Program-made: the position numbers and the translations under genes
Assembly: GCA_032718475.1 (NCBI GenBank)
Contig: JAUCBJ010007851.1
Span: 1 to 50,141, forward strand
Direction of reading: 5' to 3'
Source: Nemertoderma westbladi
Lineage: Eukaryota > Animalia > Xenacoelomorpha
Length of the DNA: 50,141 nucleotides
In this document: one piece after another, positions 21,801-36,800 of the stretch
How positions within the stretch are numbered: position 1 is the first letter of the stretch
Layout of the letters: every line of letters starts with the position of its first letter
The notes under the pieces: model-generated
Database searches by the model: none
What the model saw: only the letters and a program-made list of their open reading frames with translations
Told to the model about the DNA's origin: nothing

Positions 21801-24800
21801 AGGTTCCATATTGTTACGTTGACCCACGCCACTAGTTTACCAGGTTCCATATTGTTACGTCGTCCCACGCCACTAGTTTACCAGGTTCCATACTGTTACG
21901 TAGACCCACGCCACTAGTTTACCAGGTTCCATATTGTTACGTAGACCCACGCCACTAGTTTACCAGGTTCCATATTGTTACGTCGTCCCACGCCACTAGT
22001 TTACCAGGTTCCATATTGTTACGTCGACCCACGCCACTAGTTTACCAGGTTCCATATTGTTACGTCGTCCCACGCCACTAGTTTACCAGGTTCCATATTG
22101 TTACGTAGACCCACGCCACTAGTTTACCAGGTTCCATATTGTTACGTCGTCCCACGCCACTAGTTTACCAGGTTCCATACTGTTACGTAGACCCACGCCA
22201 CTAGTTTACCAGGTTCCATATTGTTACGTAGACCCACGCCACTAGTTTACCAGGTTCCATATTGTTACGTCGTCCCACGCCACTAGTTTACCAGGTTCCA
22301 TATTGTTACGTCGACCCACGCCACTAGTTTACCAGGTTCCATATTGTTACGTCGTCCCACGCCACTAGTTTACCAGGTTCCATATTGTTACGTCGACCCA
22401 CGCCACTAGTTTACCAGGTTCCATATTGTTACGTCGTCCCACGCCACTAGTTTACCAGGTTCCATATTGTTACGTAGACCCACGCCACTAGTTTACCAGG
22501 TTCCATATTGTTACGTCGACCCACGCCACTAGTTTACCAGGTTCCATATTGTTACGTCGTCCCACGCCACTAGTTTACCAGGTTCCATATTGTTACGTCG
22601 ACCCACGCCACTAGTTTACCAGGTTCCATGTTGTTACGTCGTCCCACGCCACTAGTTTACCAGGTTCCATATTGTTACGTCGACCCACGCCACTAGTTTA
22701 CCAGGTTCCATATTGTTACGTAAACCCACGCCACTAGTTTACCAGGTTCCATATTGTTACGTAAACCCACGCCACTAGTTTACCAGGTTCCATATTGTTA
22801 CGTAGACCCACGCCACTAGTTTACCAGGTTCCATATTGTTACGTCGACCCACGCCACTAGTTTACCAGGTTCCATATTGTTACGTCGACCCACGCCACTA
22901 GTTTACCAGGTTCCATATTGTTACGTCGTCCCACGCCACTAGTTTACCAGGTTCCATATTGTTACGTAAACCCACGCCACTAGTTTACCAGGTTCCATAT
23001 TGTTACGTAAACCCACGCCACTAGTTTACCAGGTTCCATATTGTTACGTCGACCCACGCCACTAGTTTACCAGGTTCCATATTGTTACGTCGTCCCACGC
23101 CACTAGTTTACCAGGTTCCATATTGTTACGTAAACCCACGCCACTAGTTTACCAGGTTCCATATTGTTACGTAAACCCACGCCACTAGTTTACCAGGTTC
23201 CATATTGTTACGTAAACCCACGCCACTAGTTTACCAGGTTCCATATTGTTACGTAAACCCACGCCACTAGTTTACCAGGTTCCATATTGTTACGTGGTCC
23301 CACGCCACTAGTTTACCAGGTTCCATATTGTTACGTCGTCCCACGCCACTAGTTTACCAGGTTCCATACTGTTACGTAAACCCACGCCACTAGTTTACCA
23401 GGTTCCATATTGTTACGTCGTCCCACGCCACTAGTTTACCAGGTTCCATATTGTTACGTAAACCCACGCCACTAGTTTACCAGGTTCCATACTGTTACGT
23501 AAACCCACGCCACTAGTTTACCAGGTTCCATATTGTTACGTAAACCCACGCCACTAGTTTACCAGGTTCCATATTGTTACGTCGTCCCACGCCACTAGTT
23601 TACCAGGTTCCATATTGTTACGTAAACCCACGCCACTAGTTTACCAGGTTCCATATTGTTACGTCGACCCACGCCACTAGTTTACCAGGTTCCATATTGT
23701 TACGTCGACCCACGCCACTAGTTTACCAGGTTCCATATTGTTACGTCGTCCCACGCCACTAGTTTACCAGGTTCCATATTGTTACGTAAACCCACGCCAC
23801 TAGTTTACCAGGTTCCATATTGTTACGTAAACCCACGCCACTAGTTTACCAGGTTCCATATTGTTACGTAAACCCACGCCACTAGTTTACCAGGTTCCAT
23901 ATTGTTACGTAAACCCACGCCACTAGTTTACCAGGTTCCATATTGTTACGTGGTCCCACGCCACTAGTTTACCAGGTTCCATATTGTTACGTCGTCCCAC
24001 GCCACTAGTTTACCAGGTTCCATACTGTTACGTAAACCCACGCCACTAGTTTACCAGGTTCCATATTGTTACGTCGTCCCACGCCACTAGTTTACCAGGT
24101 TCCATATTGTTACGTAAACCCACGCCACTAGTTTACCAGGTTCCATACTGTTACGTAAACCCACGCCACTAGTTTACCAGGTTCCATATTGTTACGTAAA
24201 CCCACGCCACTAGTTTACCAGGTTCCATATTGTTACGTCGTCCCACGCCACTAGTTTACCAGGTTCCATATTGTTACGTAAACCCACGCCACTAGTTTAC
24301 CAGGTTCCATATTGTTACGTCGTCCCACGCCACTAGTTTACCAGGTTCCATATTGTTACGTAAACCCACGCCACTAGTTTACCAGGTTCCATATTGTTAC
24401 GTCGTCCCACGCCACTAGTTTACCAGGTTCCATATTGTTACGTCGTCCCACGCCACTAGTTTACCAGGTTCCATATTGTTACGTCGTCCCACGCCACTAG
24501 TTTACCAGGTTCCATATTGTTACGTCGTCCCACGCCACTAGTTTACCAGGTTCCATATTGTTACGTAAACCCACGCCACTAGTTTACCAGGTTCCATATT
24601 GTTACGTCGTCCCACGCCACTAGTTTACCAGGTTCCATATTGTTACGTCGTCCCACGCCACTAGTTTACCAGGTTCCATATTGTTACGTCGTCCCACGCC
24701 ACTAGTTTACCAGGTTCCATATTGTTACGTCGTCCCACGCCACTAGTTTACCAGGTTCCATATTGTTACGTAAACCCACGCCACTAGTTTACCAGGTTCC

Positions 24801-27800
24801 ATATTGTTACGTCGTCCCACGCCACTAGTTTACCAGGTTCCATATTGTTACGTCGTCCCACGCCACTAGTTTACCAGGTTCCATATTGTTACGTCGTCCC
24901 ACGCCACTAGTTTACCAGGTTCCATATTGTTACGTCGTCCCACGCCACTAGTTTACCAGGTTCCATATTGTTACGTCGTCCCACGCCACTAGTTTACCAG
25001 GTTCCATATTGTTACGTCGTCCCACGCCACTAGTTTACCAGGTTCCATATTGTTACGTCGTCCCACGCCACTAGTTTACCAGGTTCCATATTGTTACGTC
25101 GACCCACGCCACTAGTTTACCAGGTTCCATATTGTTACGTCGACCCACGCCACTAGTTTACCAGGTTCCATATTGTTACGTCGACCCACGCCACTAGTTT
25201 ACCAGGTTCCATATTGTTACGTCGACCCACGCCACTAGTTTACCAGGTTCCATATTGTTACGTCGACCCACGCCACTAGTTTACCAGGTTCCATATTGTT
25301 ACGTCGTCCCACGCCACTAGTTTACCAGGTTCCATATTGTTACGTAAATCCCACGCCACTAGTTTACCAGGTTCCATATTGTTACGTAAACCCACGCCAC
25401 TAGTTTACCAGGTTCCATATTGTTACGTCGTCCCACGCCACTAGTTTACCAGGTTCCATATTGTTACGTCGTCCCACGCCACTAGTTTACCAGGTTCCAT
25501 ATTGTTACGTCGTCCCACGCCACTAGTTTACCAGGTTCCATATTGTTACGTCGTCCCACGCCACTAGTTTACCAGGTTCCATATTGTTACGTCGTCCCAC
25601 GCCACTAGTTTACCAGGTTCCATATTGTTACGTAAACCCACGCCACTAGTTTACCAGGTTCCATATTGTTACGTAAACCCACGCCACTAGTTTACCAGGT
25701 TCCATATTGTTACGTAAACCCACGCCACTAGTTTACCAGGTTCCATATTGTTACGTCGTCCCACGCCACTAGTTTACCAGGTTCCATATTGTTACGTAAA
25801 CCCACGCCACTAGTTTACCAGGTTCCGTATTGTTACGTCGTCCCACGCCACTAGTTTACCAGGTTCCATATTGTTACGTCGTCCCACGTCACTAGTTTAC
25901 CAGGTTCCATATTGTTACGTCGTCCCACGCCACTAGTTTACCAGGTTCCATATTGTTACGTAAACCCACGCCACTAGTTTACCAGGTTCCATATTGTTAC
26001 GTAAACCCACGCCACTAGTTTACCAGGTTCCATATTGTTACGTCGTCCCACGCCACTAGTTTACCAGGTTCCATATTGTTACGTCGTCCCACGCCACTAG
26101 TTTACCAGGTTCCATATTGTTACGTCGTCCCACGCCACTAGTTTACCAGGTTCCATATTGTTACGTCGTCCCACGCCACTAGTTTACCAGGTTCCATATT
26201 GTTACGTAAACCCACGCCACTAGTTTACCAGGTTCCATATTGTTACGTCGTCCCACGCCACTAGTTTACCAGGTTCCATATTGTTACGTAAACCCACGCC
26301 ACTAGTTTACCAGGTTCCATATTGTTACGTAAACCCACGCCACTAGTTTACCAGGTTCCATATTGTTACGTAGACCCACGCCACTAGTTTACCAGGTTCC
26401 ATATTGTTACGTCGACCCACGCCACTAGTTTACCAGGTTCCATATTGTTACGTAAACCCACGCCACTAGTTTACCAGGTTCCATATTGTTACGTAAACCC
26501 ACGCCACTAGTTTACCAGGTTCCATATTGTTACGTCGACCCACGCCACTAGTTTACCAGGTTCCATATTGTTACGTAAACCCACGCCACTAGTTTACCAG
26601 GTTCCATATTGTTACGTAAACCCACGCCACTAGTTTACCAGGTTCCATATTGTTACGTAGACCCACGCCACTAGTTTACCAGGTTCCATATTGTTACGTC
26701 GTCCCACGCCACTAGTTTACCAGGTTCCATATTGTTACGTAAACCCACGCCACTAGTTTACCAGGTTCCATATTGTTACGTAGACCCACGCCACTAGTTT
26801 ACCAGATTCCATATTGTTACGTAGACCCACGCCACTAGTTTACCAGGTTCCATATTGTTACGTAAACCCACGCCACTAGTTTACCAGGTTCCATATTGTT
26901 ACGTAAACCCACGCCACTAGTTTACCAGGTTCCATATTGTTACGTAGACCCACGCCACTAGTTTACCAGGTTCCATATTGTTACGTCGACCCACGCCACT
27001 AGTTTACCAGGTTCCATATTGTTACGTAGACCCACGCCACTAGTTTACCAGGTTCCATATTGTTACGTCGACCCACGCCACTAGTTTACCAGGTTCCATA
27101 CTGTTACGTAGACCCACGCCACTAGTTTACCAGGTTCCATATTGTTACGTAGACCCACGCCACTAGTTTACCAGGTTCCATATTGTTACGTAGACCCACG
27201 CCACTAGTTTACCAGGTTCCATATTGTTACGTAGACCCACGCCACTAGTTTACCAGGTTCCATATTGTTACGTCGTCCCACGCCACTAGTTTACCAGGTT
27301 CCATACTGTTACGTAGACCCACGCCACTAGTTTACCAGGTTCCATATTGTTACGTCGTCCCACGCCACTAGTTTACCAGGTTCCATATTGTTACGTCGTC
27401 CCACGCCACTAGTTTACCAGGTTCCATATTGTTACGTCGACCCACGCCACTAGTTTACCAGGTTCCATATTGTTACGTCGTCCCACGCCACTAGTTTACC
27501 AGGTTCCATATTGTTACGTAGACCCACGCCACTAGTTTACCAGGTTCCATATTGTTACGTCGTCCCACGCCACTAGTTTACCAGGTTCCATACTGTTACG
27601 TAGACCCACGCCACTAGTTTACCAGGTTCCATATTGTTACGTCGTCCCACGCCACTAGTTTACCAGGTTCCATATTGTTACGTCGTCCCACGCCACTAGT
27701 TTACCAGGTTCCATATTGTTACGTCGTCCCACGCCACTAGTTTACCAGGTTCCATATTGTTACGTCGTCCCACGCCACTAGTTTACCAGGTTCCATATTG

Positions 27801-30800
27801 TTACGTCGACCCACGCCACTAGTTTACCAGGTTCCATATTGTTACGTCGTCCCACGCCACTAGTTTACCAGGTTCCATATTGCTACGTAGACCCACGCCA
27901 CTAGTTTACCAGGTTCCATATTGTTACGTCGTCCCACGCCACTAGTTTACCAGGTTCCATACTGTTACGTAGACCCACGCCACTAGTTTACCAGGTTCCA
28001 TGTTGTTACGTCGTCCCACGCCACTAGTTTACCAGGTTCCATATTGTTACGTCGACCCACGCCACTAGTTTACCAGGTTCCATATTGTTACGTAAACCCA
28101 CGCCACTAGTTTACCAGGTTCCATATTGTTACGTAAACCCACGCCACTAGTTTACCAGGTTCCATATTGTTACGTAGACCCACGCCACTAGTTTACCAGG
28201 TTCCATATTGTTACGTCGACCCACGCCACTAGTTTACCAGGTTCCATATTGTTACGTCGACCCACGCCACTAGTTTACCAGGTTCCATATTGTTACGTCG
28301 TCCCACGCCACTAGTTTACCAGGTTCCATATTGTTACGTAAACCCACGCCACTAGTTTACCAGGTTCCATATTGTTACGTAAACCCACGCCACTAGTTTA
28401 CCAGGTTCCATATTGTTACGTCGACCCACGCCACTAGTTTACCAGGTTCCATATTGTTACGTCGTCCCACGCCACTAGTTTACCAGGTTCCATATTGTTA
28501 CGTAAACCCACGCCACTAGTTTACCAGGTTCCATATTGTTACGTAAACCCACGCCACTAGTTTACCAGGTTCCATATTGTTACGTAAACCCACGCCACTA
28601 GTTTACCAGGTTCCATATTGTTACGTAAACCCACGCCACTAGTTTACCAGGTTCCATATTGTTACGTGGTCCCACGCCACTAGTTTACCAGGTTCCATAT
28701 TGTTACGTCGTCCCACGCCACTAGTTTACCAGGTTCCATACTGTTACGTAAACCCACGCCACTAGTTTACCAGGTTCCATATTGTTACGTCGTCCCACGC
28801 CACTAGTTTACCAGGTTCCATATTGTTACGTAAACCCACGCCACTAGTTTACCAGGTTCCATACTGTTACGTAAACCCACGCCACTAGTTTACCAGGTTC
28901 CATATTGTTACGTAAACCCACGCCACTAGTTTACCAGGTTCCATATTGTTACGTCGTCCCACGCCACTAGTTTACCAGGTTCCATATTGTTACGTAAACC
29001 CACGCCACTAGTTTACCAGGTTCCATATTGTTACGTCGACCCACGCCACTAGTTTACCAGGTTCCATATTGTTACGTCGACCCACGCCACTAGTTTACCA
29101 GGTTCCATATTGTTACGTCGTCCCACGCCACTAGTTTACCAGGTTCCATATTGTTACGTAAACCCACGCCACTAGTTTACCAGGTTCCATATTGTTACGT
29201 AAACCCACGCCACTAGTTTACCAGGTTCCATATTGTTACGTAAACCCACGCCACTAGTTTACCAGGTTCCATATTGTTACGTAAACCCACGCCACTAGTT
29301 TACCAGGTTCCATATTGTTACGTGGTCCCACGCCACTAGTTTACCAGGTTCCATATTGTTACGTCGTCCCACGCCACTAGTTTACCAGGTTCCATACTGT
29401 TACGTAAACCCACGCCACTAGTTTACCAGGTTCCATATTGTTACGTCGTCCCACGCCACTAGTTTACCAGGTTCCATATTGTTACGTAAACCCACGCCAC
29501 TAGTTTACCAGGTTCCATACTGTTACGTAAACCCACGCCACTAGTTTACCAGGTTCCATATTGTTACGTAAACCCACGCCACTAGTTTACCAGGTTCCAT
29601 ATTGTTACGTCGTCCCACGCCACTAGTTTACCAGGTTCCATATTGTTACGTAAACCCACGCCACTAGTTTACCAGGTTCCATATTGTTACGTCGTCCCAC
29701 GCCACTAGTTTACCAGGTTCCATATTGTTACGTAAACCCACGCCACTAGTTTACCAGGTTCCATATTGTTACGTCGTCCCACGCCACTAGTTTACCAGGT
29801 TCCATATTGTTACGTCGTCCCACGCCACTAGTTTACCAGGTTCCATATTGTTACGTCGTCCCACGCCACTAGTTTACCAGGTTCCATATTGTTACGTCGT
29901 CCCACGCCACTAGTTTACCAGGTTCCATATTGTTACGTAGACCCACGCCACTAGTTTACCAGGTTCCATATTGTTACGTCGTCCCACGCCACTAGTTTAC
30001 CAGGTTCCATATTGTTACGTCGTCCCACGCCACTAGTTTACCAGGTTCCATATTGTTACGTCGTCCCACGCCACTAGTTTACCAGGTTCCATATTGTTAC
30101 GTCGTCCCACGCCACTAGTTTACCAGGTTCCATATTGTTACGTAAACCCACGCCACTAGTTTACCAGGTTCCATATTGTTACGTCGTCCCACGCCACTAG
30201 TTTACCAGGTTCCATATTGTTACGTCGTCCCACGCCACTAGTTTACCAGGTTCCATATTGTTACGTCGTCCCACGCCACTAGTTTACCAGGTTCCATATT
30301 GTTACGTCGTCCCACGCCACTAGTTTACCAGGTTCCATATTGTTACGTCGTCCCACGCCACTAGTTTACCAGGTTCCATATTGTTACGTCGTCCCACGCC
30401 ACTAGTTTACCAGGTTCCATATTGTTACGTCGTCCCACGCCACTAGTTTACCAGGTTCCATATTGTTACGTCGACCCACGCCACTAGTTTACCAGGTTCC
30501 ATATTGTTACGTCGACCCACGCCACTAGTTTACCAGGTTCCATATTGTTACGTCGACCCACGCCACTAGTTTACCAGGTTCCATATTGTTACGTCGACCC
30601 ACGCCACTAGTTTACCAGGTTCCATATTGTTACGTCGACCCACGCCACTAGTTTACCAGGTTCCATATTGTTACGTCGTCCCACGCCACTAGTTTACCAG
30701 GTTCCATATTGTTACGTAATCCCACGCCACTAGTTTACCAGGTTCCATATTGTTACGTAGACCCACGCCACTAGTTTACCAGGTTCCATATTGTTACGTC

Positions 30801-33800
30801 GTCCCACGCCACTAGTTTACCAGGTTCCATATTGTTACGTCGTCCCACGCCACTAGTTTACCAGGTTCCATATTGTTACGTCGTCCCACGCCACTAGTTT
30901 ACCAGGTTCCATATTGTTACGTCGTCCCACGCCACTAGTTTACCAGGTTCCATATTGTTACGTCGTCCCACGCCACTAGTTTACCAGGTTCCATATTGTT
31001 ACGTAGACCCACGCCACTAGTTTACCAGGTTCCATATTGTTACGTAGACCCACGCCACTAGTTTACCAGGTTCCATATTGTTACGTAAACCCACGCCACT
31101 AGTTTACCAGGTTCCATATTGTTACGTCGTCCCACGCCACTAGTTTACCAGGTTCCATATTGTTACGTAAACCCACGCCACTAGTTTACCAGGTTCCGTA
31201 TTGTTACGTCGTCCCACGCCACTAGTTTACCAGGTTCCATATTGTTACGTCGTCCCACGCCACTAGTTTACCAGGTTCCATATTGTTACGTCGTCCCACG
31301 CCACTAGTTTACCAGGTTCCATATTGTTACGTAAACCCACGCCACTAGTTTACCAGGTTCCATATTGTTACGTAAACCCACGCCACTAGTTTACCAGGTT
31401 CCATATTGTTACGTCGTCCCACGCCACTAGTTTACCAGGTTCCATATTGTTACGTCGTCCCACGCCACTAGTTTACCAGGTTCCATATTGTTACGTCGTC
31501 CCACGCCACTAGTTTACCAGGTTCCATATTGTTACGTCGTCCCACGCCACTAGTTTACCAGGTTCCATATTGTTACGTAAACCCACGCCACTAGTTTACC
31601 AGGTTCCATATTGTTACGTAGACCCACGCCACTAGTTTACCAGGTTCCATATTGTTACGTAAACCCACGCCACTAGTTTACCAGGTTCCATATTGTTACG
31701 TCGTCCCACGCCACTAGTTTACCAGGTTCCATATTGTTACGTAGACCCACGCCACTAGTTTACCAGGTTCCATATTGTTACGTGGTCCCACGCCACTAGT
31801 TTACCAGGTTCCATATTGGTACGTGGTCCCACGCCACTAGTTTACCAGGTTCCATATTGGTACGTGGTCCCACGCCACTAGTTTACCAGGTTCCATATTG
31901 TTACGTCGTCCCACGCCACTAGTTTACCAGGTTCCATATTGTTACGTCGTCCCACGCCACTAGTTTACCAGGTTCCATATTGGTACGTGGTCCCACGCCA
32001 CTAGTTTACCAGGTTCCATATTGTTACGTCGTCCCACGCCACTAGTTTACCAGGTTCCATATTGTTACGTCGTCCCACGCCACTAGTTTACCAGGTTCCG
32101 TATTGTTACGTCGTCCCACGCCACTAGTTTACCAGGTTCCATATTGTTACGTCGTCCCACGCCACTAGTTTACCAGGTTCCATATTGTTACGTCGTCCCA
32201 CGCCACTAGTTTACCAGGTTCCATATTGTTACGTCGTCCCACGCCACTAGTTTACCAGGTTCCATATTGTTACGTAAACCCACGCCACTAGTTTACCAGG
32301 TTCCATATTGTTACGTAGACCCACGCCACTAGTTTACCAGGTTCCATATTGTTACGTCGTCCCACGTCACTAGTTTACCAGGTTCCATATTGTTACGTCG
32401 TCCCACGCCACTAGTTTACCAGGTTCCATATTGTTACGTAGACCCACGCCACTAGTTTACCAGGTTCCATATTGTTACGTAGACCCACGCCACTAGTTTA
32501 CCAGGTTCCATATTGTTACGTCGTCCCACGCCACTAGTTTACCAGGTTCCATATTGTTACGTGGTCCCACGCCACTAGTTTACCAGGTTCCATATTGTTA
32601 CGTCGTCCCACGCCACTAGTTTACCAGGTTCCATATTGTTACGTCGTCCCACGCCACTAGTTTACCAGGTTCCATATTGTTACGTAGACCCACGCCACTA
32701 GTTTACCAGGTTCCATATTGTTACGTAAACCCACGCCACTAGTTTACCAGGTTCCATATTGTTACGTGGTCCCACGCCACTAGTTTACCAGGTTCCATAT
32801 TGGTACGTGGTCCCACGCCACTAGTTTACCAGGTTCCATATTGTTACGTCGTCCCACGTCACTAGTTTACCAGGTTCCATATTGGTACGTGGTCCCACGC
32901 CACTAGTTTACCAGGTTCCATATTGGTACGTGGTCCCACGCCACTAGTTTACCAGGTTCCATATTGTTACGTCGTCCCACGCCACTAGTTTACCAGGTTC
33001 CATATTGTTACGTGGTCCCACGCCACTAGTTTACCAGGTTCCATATTGGTACGTGGTCCCACGCCACTAGTTTACCAGGTTCCATATTGTTACGTCGTCC
33101 CACGCCACTAGTTTACCAGGTTCCATATTGTTACGTCGTCCCACGCCACTAGTTTACCAGGTTCCGTATTGTTACGTCGTCCCACGCCACTAGTTTACCA
33201 GGTTCCATATTGTTACGTCGTCCCACGTCACTAGTTTACCAGGTTCCATATTGTTACGTCGTCCCACGCCACTAGTTTACCAGGTTCCATATTGTTACGT
33301 CGTCCCACGCCACTAGTTTACCAGGTTCCATATTGTTACGTAAACCCACGCCACTAGTTTACCAGGTTCCATATTGTTACGTAAACCCACGCCACTAGTT
33401 TACCAGGTTCCATATTGTTACGTCGTCCCACGTCACTAGTTTACCAGGTTCCATATTGTTACGTCGTCCCACGCCACTAGTTTACCAGGTTCCATATTGT
33501 TACGTAGACCCACGCCACTAGTTTACCAGGTTCCATATTGTTACGTAGACCCACGCCACTAGTTTACCAGGTTCCATATTGTTACGTAAACCCACGCCAC
33601 TAGTTTACCAGGTTCCATATTGTTACGTCGTCCCACGCCACTAGTTTACCAGGTTCCATATTGTTACGTCGTCCCACGCCACTAGTTTACCAGGTTCCAT
33701 ATTGTTACGTAAACCCACGCCACTAGTTTACCAGGTTCCATATTGTTACGTAAACCCACGCCACTAGTTTACCAGGTTCCATATTGTTACGTAGACCCAC

Positions 33801-36800
33801 GCCACTAGTTTACCAGGTTCCATATTGTTACGTAGACCCACGCCACTAGTTTACCAGGTTCCATATTGTTACGTAAACCCACGCCACTAGTTTACCAGGT
33901 TCCATATTGTTACGTCGTCCCACGCCACTAGTTTACCAGGTTCCATATTGTTACGTCGTCCCACGCCACTAGTTTACCAGGTTCCATATTGTTACGTAAA
34001 CCCACGATACTAGTTTACCAGGTTCCATATTGTTACGTCGTCCCACGCCACTAGTTTACCAGGTTCCATATTGTTACGTAGACCCACGCCACTAGTTTAC
34101 CAGGTTCCATATTGTTACGTAAACCCACGCCACTAGTTTACCAGGTTCCATATTGTTACGTCGTCCCACGCCACTAGTTTACCAGGTTCCATATTGTTAC
34201 GTCGTCCCACGCCACTAGTTTACCAGGTTCCATATTGTTACGTAGACCCACGCCACTAGTTTACCAGGTTCCATATTGTTACGTCGACCCACGCCACTAG
34301 TTTACCAGGTTCCATATTGTTACGTCGACCCACGCCACTAGTTTACCAGGTTCCATATTGTTACGTAGACCCACGCCACTAGTTTACCAGGTTCCATATT
34401 GTTACGTCGACCCACGCCACTAGTTTACCAGGTTCCATATTGTTACGTCGACCCACGCCACTAGTTTACCAGGTTCCATATTGTTACGTAGACCCACGCC
34501 ACTAGTTTACCAGGTTCCATATTGTTACGTAAACCCACGATACTAGTTTACCAGGTTCCATATTGTTACGTCGTCCCACGCCACTAGTTTACCAGGTTCC
34601 ATATTGTTACGTAGACCCACGCCACTAGTTTACCAGGTTCCATATTGTTACGTCGTCCCACGCCACTAGTTTACCAGGTTCCATATTGTTACGTCGTCCC
34701 ACGCCACTAGTTTACCAGGTTCCATATTGTTACGTAGACCCACGCCACTAGTTTACCAGGTTCCATATTGTTACGTCGTCCCACGCCACTAGTTTACCAG
34801 GTTCCATATTGTTACGTCGTCCCACGCCACTAGTTTACCAGGTTCCATATTGTTACGTAAACCCACGATACTAGTTTACCAGGTTCCATATTGTTACGTA
34901 GACCCACGCCACTAGTTTACCAGGTTCCATATTGTTACGTCGTCCCACGCCACTAGTTTACCAGGTTCCATATTGTTACGTCGTCCCACGCCACTAGTTT
35001 ACCAGGTTCCATATTGTTACGTCGTCCCACGCCACTAGTTTACCAGGTTCCATATTGTTACGTCGTCCCACGCCACTAGTTTACCAGGTTCCATATTGTT
35101 ACGTAAACCCACGATACTAGTTTACCAGGTTCCATATTGTTACGTCGTCCCACGCCACTAGTTTACCAGGTTCCATATTGTTACGTAGACCCACGCCACT
35201 AGTTTACCAGGTTCCATATTGTTACGTCGTCCCACGCCACTAGTTTACCAGGTTCCATATTGTTACGTCGACCCACGCCACTAGTTTACCAGGTTCCATA
35301 TTGTTACGTCGTCCCACGCCACTAGTTTACCAGGTTCCATATTGTTACGTCGTCCCACGCCACTAGTTTACCAGGTTCCATATTGTTACGTCGACCCACG
35401 CCACTAGTTTACCAGGTTCCATATTGTTACGTCGTCCCACGCCACTAGTTTACCAGGTTCCATATTGTTACGTCGTCCCACGCCACTAGTTTACCAGGTT
35501 CCATATTGTTACGTCGTCCCACGCCACTAGTTTACCAGGTTCCATATTGTTACGTCGTCCCACGCCACTAGTTTACCAGGTTCCATATTGTTACGTAAAC
35601 CCACGATACTAGTTTACCAGGTTCCATATTGTTACGTCGTCCCACGCCACTAGTTTACCAGGTTCCATATTGTTACGTAGACCCACGCCACTAGTTTACC
35701 AGGTTCCATATTGTTACGTCGACCCACGCCACTAGTTTACCAGGTTCCATATTGGTACGTGGTCCCACGCCACTAGTTTACCAGGTTCCATATTGTTACG
35801 TCGTCCCACGCCACTAGTTTACCAGGTTCCATATTGTTACGTCGACCCACGCCACTAGTTTACCAGGTTCCATATTGTTACGTAGACCCACGCCACTAGT
35901 TTACCAGGTTCCATATTGTTACGTCGACCCACGCCACTAGTTTACCAGGTTCCATATTGTTACGTCGTCCCACGCCACTAGTTTACCAGGTTCCATATTG
36001 TTACGTCGTCCCACGCCACTAGTTTACCAGGTTCCATATTGTTACGTCGTCCCACGCCACTAGTTTACCAGGTTCCATATTGTTACGTAGACCCACGCCA
36101 CTAGTTTACCAGGTTCCATATTGTTACGTCGTCCCACGCCACTAGTTTACCAGGTTCCATATTGTTACGTAGACCCACGCCACTAGTTTACCAGGTTCCA
36201 TATTGTTACGTCGTCCCACGCCACTAGTTTACCAGGTTCCATATTGTTACGTCGTCCCACGCCACTAGTTTACCAGGTTCCATATTGTTACGCCGTCCCA
36301 CGCCACTAGTTTACCAGGTTCCATATTGTTACGTCGTCCCACGCCACTAGTTTACCAGGTTCCATATTGTTACGTCGTCCCACGCCACTAGTTTACCAGG
36401 TTCCATATTGTTACGTCGTCCCACGCCACTAGTTTACCAGGTTCCATATTGTTACGTAGACCCACGCCACTAGTTTACCAGGTTCCATATTGTTACGTCG
36501 ACCCACGCCACTAGTTTACCAGGTTCCATATTGTTACGTCGACCCACGCCACTAGTTTACCAGGTTCCATATTGTTACGTAGACCCACGCCACTAGTTTA
36601 CCAGGTTCCATATTGTTACGTCGACCCACGCCACTAGTTTACCAGGTTCCATATTGTTACGTCGACCCACGCCACTAGTTTACCAGGTTCCATATTGTTA
36701 CGTCGACCCACGCCACTAGTTTACCAGGTTCCATATTGTTACGTAAACCCACGCCACTAGTTTACCAGGTTCCATATTGTTACGTAGACCCACGCCACTA

